64,000 nucleotides of DNA. Source: Felis catus. Lineage: Eukaryota. The DNA lies in the NCBI RefSeq assembly GCF_018350175.1, contig NC_058368.1, positions 237,276,001 through 237,340,000 on the forward strand. Reading direction: 5' to 3'. The notes below the pieces were generated by a model. That model saw only the letters and a list, made by a program, of their open reading frames with translations, searched no databases and had not been told where the DNA came from. Made by a program: the position numbers and the translations under genes. Below are positions 54,551 through 64,000 of this stretch, in pieces; position 1 is the first letter of the stretch, and the number at the start of each line of letters is the position of its first letter.

Positions 54551-57500
54551 CTATAAGGAAGTACCTAGGGATAGCATCTACACGGAGCCACGCTTTTGTA
54601 ACTTTCCTGTTTTCAGACTTATTGTCCTAAATGCGGAGTAAAATTCAGTAGCTGGTAGCCGCTCGCTGACCTCCGCCACTGTCCCCACTCACATCTATTC
54701 TCTTTGCCTCCGCGTGGTTTCCCCCACACGGCTCCCCTGGCCGGGGCTTGTCGGCCCGTTCCGTGCGTCCTTCTCCTCTGCCGTGGCCCCCACCAAGGCC
54801 TGCCTCGCCCCCTCCCCGCCTGTCTCTGTGGAGCTGGCCCAGGCTCAGGGCTCCCATGGATTTCAATAGAAGCTCTGGGCTCGGGGAGCCCGGCCAGGAC
54901 AAAGGAAGTGCAGAGAGAGACTCAAGATCTCTCAGTTGCAGAAGATTTGCTTCTCTCAGACCAAATGCCTCTGGAAGGCTAAGTCCAGTGACTGGCTTTA
55001 ATTCGAGAGGGACGTGGCACGCACGTCGCACCAACCCCCAGCCACCATTTCCCTTGCAAACCAGGGTGTAACATTCATGGAATACAAGATGATCCGCTGA
55101 AGATCTGATCAGAGCCAGTAGACACACAAACGTGAGCCCCGAGGTCACTAGGAGCTACGTGTGGGTGTGCGCATGCGCGTGTTTCAGGCAGGGGAGGGGG
55201 CAGGAACGTTACAGGAAAGTTTACAGAAAGAACACTCAAAAGGGTAGAAGGAATTAGATCAGAATTTCTTTCGACGTCTCCCCAGTCACCCCGATCCGGC
55301 TGAAAGTGCATCGTCAAATATTTAAAAAGAAAATAATGAATCTTACATTGTAGCTTCATGGACTAAAGAGGATTAAAACAGCTGAGCGGACAAAAAGGAG
55401 CGAGCCCAAAAAGGCAAAACTCCTAATTAGTTAATACAAAACATGCTGAATCCAATTATGAGAAATCCCGCAGTTTGGATTCGGTATTCTTTCTGAACAG
55501 ACGAGAACAAATATGTCTTTAAATCAATACTGCATAACCGAGCATTCAAGCTTTACCCAACCGTAGCATATGTTTGAAAGGGGGCATTAGAAAGAACCCA
55601 CGAGCAAAAGTGCTGACCCCGGACTTCGGGGAGAGGTTCGCTGTTATAATTTTCTCAAGCCCCCAAGAGACTGATAAAGAAATCTGAGTAGTTCATTAGC
55701 ATAAGACTGGCTAAAATCTATTGATTTTTAACTCCATAGAATATTCTGTTTTCATTAGGATCTGCTGAGTTATATCTATTACTGTTCCTGGGCGTCTGCA
55801 CCCTGGTTAATGGTGAGTCCCCACTGTAATGAGAAGACACCTTGAAGAAAACAGGGAGAACTGTACTTTGCTGTCAGCTATTGTCACAATATTCTGGGAA
55901 TCTTCCTTCTGAATTCTAGCTTCGTATTTTTAGAAAGTAGCAGAGCATTTAATCCTCAATAATTAGACTTTCCCCAAAAGGACAAACTCATTTATATGAC
56001 TGTCAACTCAACCCTACCCTTCAACGGCTACACTCAGTGTTTCACTGTAATATTTTACGCAACTTAGTAGAAGTGAGACAAAAGTAAGATAAAAATGTCA
56101 AAGCTGTCTTTAAATCTCAGAAGGCTGGTCTAAATTTAGAAAATGCAGTTATATGCAGAAAAGTAGGCACAAAATATATATTTGGCCAACTCTTTTGACA
56201 GTATTAGGATCCCGAAACCCCAGAATTGGGGAAAGTTCTGCCAGCACAGAGACTGGGCGCGGCCAACCTCCCACCTTTAGACCAAGGGGTCAAGTGTAAA
56301 ATACCCACCAACTTTCTGTACTGAAGTGTGCGGGGGCGGGGGGGGGGGGCGGGGATCAGCCAAGAGCCTCACCATTTCCTTGTCATTTCTACTTTCTTGT
56401 CACTATTTTTTTTTTTTGACGTTCAAGGGTCAGTCTTGTGTTATGTTGAGCATCAGCTTTTGGTTTCTATGCACATGCAGTTGTGCACACACACACTCAA
56501 ACCAACACGCATTCAGACAGAAAACAATGGATCACACTCAAACGTGGTTTGTGCAGAAAGGTGGAAATCGTAGCCCTTTAAAATGTGGTAAACTGAAGTC
56601 TGGGGGTAGGCACGCCCTCTCCAGGGAGCCCCTGGAGCCTTGTCCCCCTGTCCCCTGTGTCCCCCAGCCTCTGTACATACTTGTTCACACTGCCCCCCGT
56701 AGTGTCCTTTCCAAAGTTCCTGTGAGCTGGGGCACAGTCTCTCCCTCGGCAGGATTCCCTGGCCTTGGGGACTTTCTGTGGAGCAGAGATTGGCCCAGGT
56801 GTTTGGAGAACATATGGCACCCATCCTCCTCCTGAAGAACTGGGATACTGCTCATGAGCAGAGTGGAGGCACCCAGGAGGCTGGCAGCTGGGACGTCAGT
56901 TAACCTGGGTCTGACGCAAGTTTCCCGAGCTTCTTCCCTTCAAGTGTCCCCCCACAGTGCTATAGTCCACGCTTGGGTCGGCACTCCCACGGGAGGTTTG
57001 AAGAGAGGTGCCGGGCCTAGGGCTCTGCACAGCTGATGCTGTCCACAGCAGCCTGGCCACACGGTGGCTTATGGCTGGCCTCTGTCCCCAGCGGTTGGTT
57101 CCCAGGCCTCTCTGGCTCTGAAGTATTTCCGGGTCCCCCCCTGGGAGTGTGGATGGATGCTGTGTCTACCCAATTCCGCACAGCAGTCGCTGGTGGGTTC
57201 TCATGGGCCTGGCTGCCATTCTCCTGCCATCAAAGAGACTTCCTCAGTGGCTCTCCTTCCGTCTGATCACCTGTCTCAGACACCAGTTATCTGCCTCGTG
57301 CTTGACTTGGTCACTAACAACAGGACCATCGGGAGAATCAAGGACAGCAATGCCTATAAAAGAGCTGTACAAACCCTAAATTCTCCTGAGAATCCTAGTA
57401 GGAATGATGAAAACACAAAGACAAAAAGTGTAAGTGTTCAAGATGCAATAGAGGGACTACGTGGAGGGAGTCAACAGTCCCAAACAGTGACCTCGATCCT

Positions 57501-59074
57501 TGGACAGCTGTGCTCAATTTTCGTGGGTTGCAGCAGCCCTTGCCAGGAGCTTGGAAGGCAGTTTGAAGGCACCTCGTTTCTGATAGGTCTGACTTCCTTG
57601 GGAAAGTGAGTCCGTCTTCCCGTAGGAGAGCAGTCCAACGTGCTGCTCCTTCTGGGCCCCACAGGAGAGAGATCATCACTCTGGACACTGGGGTGGGGGT
57701 TAGGACTCACCGGTGGGAAACACCTGATTAGTCAGGTGTTTTGCCCGGGGGGCGCACCGTTGACAAAAAGATCCCACTAGAAGTCCCGCAAGGCTGCTAC
57801 CACCTGCTGCTCGTGCTTCTTGGCTTCATGTTATGCAGATTGTAGATACTTAATTTCCCTAGAGCTGAAAAGACTTCTCTGAACAGGCTACAGCCTTTCT
57901 AAGCAGGTCCTCACCTTGCCATTGACGTCCTACAATATAAAGCTAGATGTCCACATGACTGGAGCTCGTGAGTCTGCTCGGGGATGTCGATGTAGAGCCA
58001 CGAGGCTACTACATTAACCTTCAGTGAGACCCTGCTGAAGTCAAAGAACCAACAAGAACTTCTTCTAACTAAGCTGCGGACCACCCAAAGATTCCTTTAG
58101 GTTGCTCAGAATTTGTAATTTCATCGTATGAACCCTGCAGTCCCATGGAGTCACAGGCACACGTCAGGCGACCAGAGTGTAGGGGATGTGTCCTAAATTG
58201 CCATGCATGGTTGCTAGGTCTAGAAAACAGAGCAATGACTCCCCAGGGAACAGTGAGTGGGGTAGGTAGGAGCTCCCTTCCATAAGAAAGTGGTACCTGT
58301 CGGAAATTAGGACACGTCCAAAGGCCTTCTGGCAAATGAGAAGGGCGCATTGAGGTTTCCGTGTTCCAGGCCAAGACCAGAACTTGTGAGATGGTGTCTT
58401 GATCACTGTCCATGCTAGAGCTACCTAACGTTAGATGCAGAGGTAAAGATTTCCCTCCAAAATTTACGGAACATTCACTTAGCTTTCTCTACACAAGAAC
58501 AGGCAAAAACCTGAGTATAGAATTTGAGAGACCAGCTTCTCTTTGAGCTCCCTGTGTTCATAAACTCTACGGTCTAGGTTTCCTGTAGGAAATAAAAAAA
58601 ATGTGAAGAAAAAGAATGTCAAGGAAGGATGATGATAGAAGGGCAGAGAAAACCCAGCAGCAGTGGAGAATTTCATGGGGGAGGAAATCAGGTGCTAAAA
58701 CCCGCAACCGAAACGTGGCAGGGACTCGGGCAGTAGACGCAAACCCAAGGCTGAGGAAAGCCGAGACCCAAGAAGTGTACAGAGAGGTCTGAGAGGCACA
58801 CACACGACAGAACTGGGCTGGACCGGACGGAGACTTCGTCTGTGGCCCATGTGCTTAGCAAGGGCCTTGAAGGTGACTGGGTCTGCAGTGCTGTTGTAGG
58901 GTTAGCACTGAAAGTCTCTGTTCTGGGAACCCCTCACTACTGGTAGACCAGGCCGACCTGCCCCTCATCTCACCCTTACTGAGAAGGACTCTGATGGAGC
59001 GGGAAACGCAGTGCTCATGTTTCCTTCTGGGCCACACATCCACTTCAGTGATTAAAGAACTTGCCTGTGGCTCA

Positions 59075-59512
59075 CCAGGCCGCGGTGAACAGTGCCCCCT
59101 CAAATTCATGTCAACCTGGAACTTAGAAGGTCCCATTATTTACAAACAGAGTCTTTGCCGATACAACCAGTTAGGATGATGTTGTGCTGCATTAGGGTGG
59201 CCCTCGTCCCAGAGCTGTTGTCTTTACAAGAAGAGAAGGGACAGACACACAGGGAAAAGACAGACATGTGCTGATGCAGGCAGAGATTGGGATGATGTGT
59301 CCACAAGCCAAGGAGTTCCAAGGATGGCCAGCAGCCACCAGCAGCTGGAGGGAGGAGGGATTCTTCTCTAGAGCCTCCAGATGGAGCATGGCCCTGACAA
59401 CATCTTCATTTCCGACTGCTAGGCTCCAGAACTGGGAGAGCATACACTTCCCGTTCTTTTAAGCCTCTCGGGTTGTGCTGATTTGTTGTAGCAGCCACAG
59501 AAAATAGAACCA
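59075..59512 (+). mobile_element. MLT1B/C-like MaLR solo LTR
   Basis: GAACAGTGCCCCCTCAAATTCATGTC…GGCAGAGATTGGGATGATG…ACAAGCCAAGGA…CTCCAGAACTGGGAGAG…TTTGTTGTAGCAGCCACAGAAAA. Confidence 0.88.
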
Positions 59513-60397
59513 CTATGACTCTTTTGATCTTAATGAACGGCTCGCCCATGTCTTTGTGGTTCCTCTCAGTTGCGTGGAGTAAAAGCACCTCGGGCTTCAG
59601 ATGGCAGACACGTTTGACTTGGGTGGCCCAAGGACATAGGAAGGTCCACGCCGGGGCTCACACAAGACTCCTCTTTCCGGGAGTCGTGAGCCAGCCCAGG
59701 CGAGCGCACCTGGTGGAGGACAACCGGCCTTTGGTCAACCCTAAGTTTATCCCGCGAGAAGGCATCCCTAATGCTTCCCAACTCGGGAGGGAGGGGCGTC
59801 CGCAGGCACCATCCTGGTTGGCTGTGAGGCTGAACACCTGGTGTTTCACTTGCACTTTTCATCTCACGGGCCTCTGCTTGATACAAAATATGTGGTCAGC
59901 GCCCATGGTGTATATCCATGCGTCATCTTATTAAAAACACAAGTTTATTAAAAAAAATGGCCGTCACGATTATGGGGCCCGCACGTCTGAAATCCACAGG
60001 GTAGGTCTACGGATCTTTTTCTATTTTTTGGATGTCAGTACCTCTATTGTGTCTCCTTATATGTAAATTATTCGGTTGTGACTTGATTTGCAGCCATGCG
60101 TATATACCACATTTCTCCGTTGGGTGATTTTGGTCTTAGTGGACAGTTAATACTGCATAGGGCAGACAGGCCAGGTGGCTGAAAGGTGAGGCAGGAGTTG
60201 ATTCTACCGTTTTGACACAGAATTCCTTCTCTGGGCAGCCTCAGTAATATGTGAGCAGGTCTGGCCACCTTATGCGGAATCCGCTCTCATGAACGTTATG
60301 ACAGGGAGCCCTTGACGATAGACTCTTGTGACAATGACCCACATAGGAACAGAGACCTGGGCATAATATTCACTTGCTTCCTCTGTCCCTCTTGGAA

Positions 60398-60495
60398 TTC
60401 ATTGGTTCAAATCCTGACTCTTTAAACCTTGGAAGGATGGGGACCAAAATGCGCTGCCTAGGGACAGCCCGCGTAAATAAAATGAAGCCATACGG
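60398..60495 (+). mobile_element. MIR fragment
   Basis: TGGTTCAAATCCTGACTCT…GATGGGGA…AAATAAAATGA. Confidence 0.4.
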
Positions 60496-61049
60496 TCTGG
60501 GGAGGCTTTGTTGATTCAGCGAAGGAGCTTTCTGAGTGTGTGTGTGTGTGATTGGTGAACGTTCAACGGTGGGGCCTGGAAAAGCAGCCAGCTCTCCAGA
60601 AGTGCAGCACGTTGTCTGGCAACCACACGAGGCTTTGGAGAGAAGGGGCTCGCGGGGCACGTAATGGTGAAGCGGGCTGCGGTTCCTCATGCGCGGCCCG
60701 CTTCAGACCTGCTAGAAAACCGGTACCTTATTTGCATAGCATCATGCTTGAGATGCTCGGCCAACAGCCCCGCGTTTTCTTTTATCTTTGTGTGTCCGCA
60801 CCCGGCCCTGTCCAGGCATTGGGAAGCCCCAGAGTTATTTGCTTTATCTGAGCAAACAGTGATTTCCATTATGAACCTAGTTCAACTCTTCTGAAACCTT
60901 GGAAAAGGCACACAGAGTATATTTGGATGTTTATGGCTGCTGTGAGCGGAAGGCAGGAGCTGGGTAATGAGTAATTCTGAGCAGCTACTGAAAAATATTA
61001 GCAGGCTACTCAGAGAAATGGTAACAGAGACGTGGGTCTAGGCTTAGGT

Positions 61050-61244
61050 TATCCATCTATCATCTATCTATCTCTATCTATTTATCTATCATCAATCTAT
61101 TTCTACTTATCTTCTTTCTTTCTTTCTTTCTTTCTTTCTTTCCTTCTCTTTCTCTATCATCTGTCTATCTCTATCTCTTTCTTTCTCTATCATCTATCTA
61201 TCTATCTATCATCAATACACACACACACACACACACACACACAC
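61050..61244. repeat. Compound microsatellite (TCTA)n/(TTTC)n/(TCTA)n/(CA)n
   Basis: Directly visible. Confidence 0.93.
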
Positions 61245-63739
61245 CTCTGCAGGTACACCTGTACCTATACCTATACATATAAGTGATGGAGGTCTAGGTA
61301 TAGATATGATAGGATTGTAGGTATACACTCAGAGAATGGGGGAGAGAAATAGACATCAAATAAGCAAATCTCATTTTGTCAAGCAAACAAACTACTATTC
61401 TGAATCCCAAACTTTTCATATGCTATTTTATTGAAATTAAATGTATTATCAAATGTAGGGAGAAATGAAAGATTAGTACAACTATTTGATACCTGTTGAT
61501 TGTTTTTATTATATAAGATTATGAGTGACTTAATTATGCAGATCTGTTTTATCCATTTTTTGGGTCAATGTCTGGTTCACACACACACAAAAGTAAACAA
61601 CCAAAACTCAGAGAAATAAGTGGCTATTCCCTTTGCTTTCATGCAAGTTCAGCATCTGTACTCTTAAGTTGATGCTTATGATATGAAAACTATTAATATT
61701 AATTGAAGGCATATGTAAAGAACAATTTTATTTTAATGCACATATAAGTGACTTGTTCTGTGCTTACCAGAAGAGGAAAGTTACATGTAACTTATGTAAC
61801 CAAACGTATGCCTTGTTTATCCCTTTGAAATTAAATTTTTGCTCACTGAAGCAGAACCAAACTACTGTTTTTGTGGGTAGTTTTCGTTTACCGTCAGGCG
61901 TGTGGGTGCACACAGGCCAAGGGCCTGGTTGCCAAGGCTGTGCTGCAAGGTTCACGTTGCAATATGACGGCTCAACGTTCTGCAAGGATCTTTCAACCAA
62001 GAGCCGCACTTGATTCTTCTGTGTTTTGAAGGGACTGGCTTTTGTGTTCAATACTCTAAAAAAAAAAAATAAAGTCTTCTTTTCATTTCAGTAAGCCATA
62101 CATGTTTTATCTTTTAATTGCCCAAAATGTTAGCACAATTTCATTCTACATAAAGCCAATATTTATCCTAGCATAAATATTATCCAGGGATGTTTGGGGT
62201 AATCTATAATGCACAGGCATGCAGCTTCAAGGACGATTAGTACAAGTGTACTTGAAATCCGGCCGCGGATGCTCATGGGCCCCACCTCATTTTTCTTTGC
62301 ATCTTGCCCTAAAGAATAATGATCCTTACTCCTCAATAGCACTGCATTGCCAGAAAATCTGATGTACTGATGCTAAGGTCCTCGGTTCCAGGAATACTCA
62401 TTTGCAAGGGTGGTACACATTGGCAGGATGGTCTCAGGGCCTCAAATGATGTGGGTAAACATACACCTTGGAAAGAAGCTCATTTGAACTCATTTTAAAA
62501 AGCAACATGTTAGCTCGTTTTGGGGGGCGGGTCTTCACTGCTTATTTCATAAAAACATTTCAGGCAAAATTCGCTGTGGCTTGGAGTAGCTCTGCGTCTC
62601 TCCCACAGGGCAGGGCAAAATTCAAAGCTCCATGGTAGCCGACGGGAGAACCATCCAGAATATTTCCTTGGCACATCTAGGTCAAACTCTCGATTTTCTT
62701 GCCCCGAACCGCTTATGAGTAAAGTAGCTGTGAAACCTTTGTCATACAGGAGCGAATGTGTGCACCTGCAGCCCGGCGTGCAGGCACCAGACCCGCAAAG
62801 CTGTGCGTCGCCTCTCTGCCTTCCTCTCCTAGCAGCCTGGGACCCCTGGGCTGGAAGGGCAGGTGCCGCGCTGTCTGGCTCAGAGTCCCAAACATCCTGC
62901 CTGCCAGGCTCCACTTCACTTACACGTCCCTGTTGGGGCTCTCTGGGGCGTGCGTGGGAGCCTGGAACTTTTCATCAGCAAAATGTCTTTCGCCCTTCTT
63001 TCTGCACTTACTTAGAAATTGAATGAAGGGTTTTTGCTGTTATTGGTGTTGTTTGTCTTAGAATTAAGTTTTTTATCAGATTGCTCATGTTTGATTCAGT
63101 AATAAGGCAACAAAGTAATATACGAGATTTAAGCCAAGAATCAAATAGATTCTTAATTATGTGGAAAACAGACACATATGTGTCCCAAAGTGTTAGGTCT
63201 TTCTGGTCTCCATCTACGGCTCCCTGCGAGGGCGTGGCTGCTTTGCCCACACAGGTGGATGGACGGGTTTGGAGATCAGGCAGCAACAGGGTCAAGTCTC
63301 AGGAAAACCCCTTGGACGCCAGGTAAACGGGCAGTGGAGGACTTAGCCCCTGGACGCAGCACCCAGTTCTGCAATGTGTCAGTGGAGGGGTTTTCCATGG
63401 TGATTGTGGTTTCCTATGTCATGGTACAAAGCCCACTGGTAATCATCTCATGCCATGGGTAGCAGTCTTTTTGTTTTAAAAAATTGTTAAATTCCCACAT
63501 TTTAAAATTCAAGTGGGAACCCACACAGTTTGTCTCAATAAAGCAGCTCGTCAGGAAGTAAGCCTGTGGCCCTCAGGGCTCCATCACGGTCAGCAGTTTT
63601 CAGGTTTTTGTGAGCAGTTTATTTGTATGGGTTAATAGTTCATAACTTTCATTACTTATTACGGATTTTTCCAAGAACAACGAAAAATGTGCCTATTTGA
63701 AAACAATATTCATTGTTATGTGCTAATGTTATTTACAAT

Positions 63740-63942
63740 TATTTTTTAAGGGGGGGGGGGAGAGAGAGAGAGAGAGTGAGTATGAGTCGTGGAAGGGCAG
63801 AGAGAGAGGGAGACTGAGAATCCAAAGCAGGCTCCACACTCAGCACAGAGTCCAATGCAGGGCCAATCCCAGGACCCTGGGATCATGACCAGAGCTGAAA
63901 TCAAGAGTTGGACACTCAAGGACTGAGCCACCCAGGCGCCCC
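63740..63942 (-). mobile_element. Can-SINE (older subfamily)
   Basis: Reverse SINE ending …CACCCAGGCGCCCC; TAC..TTATTTTTT(T)AA on both flanks. Confidence 0.93.
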
Positions 63943-64000
63943 TACTGTTATTTTTTTAATGGAAAAGGATTCCTTTCACCTTGCAGGTACCATTTAGATC

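Noticed and set aside
63970..64000. Acceptor-like CCTTTCACCTTGCAG near the right edge
   Set aside because: Only 14 bases follow, so it cannot be evaluated.

Overview
This is mammalian genomic DNA, almost certainly from a felid (cat family). It carries 25 tRNA-derived carnivore SINEs (Can-SINEs); the youngest match the cat SINEC_Fc type. It also holds decayed L1 fragments, MaLR/ERVL solo LTRs (MLT1, MLT2), MIRs, a hAT MITE and microsatellites. I recognise no protein-coding exon, RNA gene, CRISPR array or prokaryotic feature. The ORF track is GC-rich noise or repeat translation, so the window reads as intergenic or deep-intronic. The first ~31 kb is GC- and CpG-rich, and its ancient repeats look shifted from A/T to G/C; 34-39 kb and 55-64 kb are more AT-rich. 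Several unique blocks carry clustered transcription-factor motifs (PBX-HOX/MEIS/TCF, POU octamer, bZIP/NF-kB, MEF2/ETS), which suggests an enhancer landscape whose target gene I cannot identify. I found no convincing new biological system. The least explained items are a degenerate 36-bp repeat array (37.6-38.0 kb), a dense run of abutting palindromes (48.6 kb) and a triple-nested SINE that forms a near-spacerless inverted repeat (10.8-11.4 kb). Repeat subfamily names come from recalled consensus sequences, not a database search, and boundaries of old repeats are approximate.
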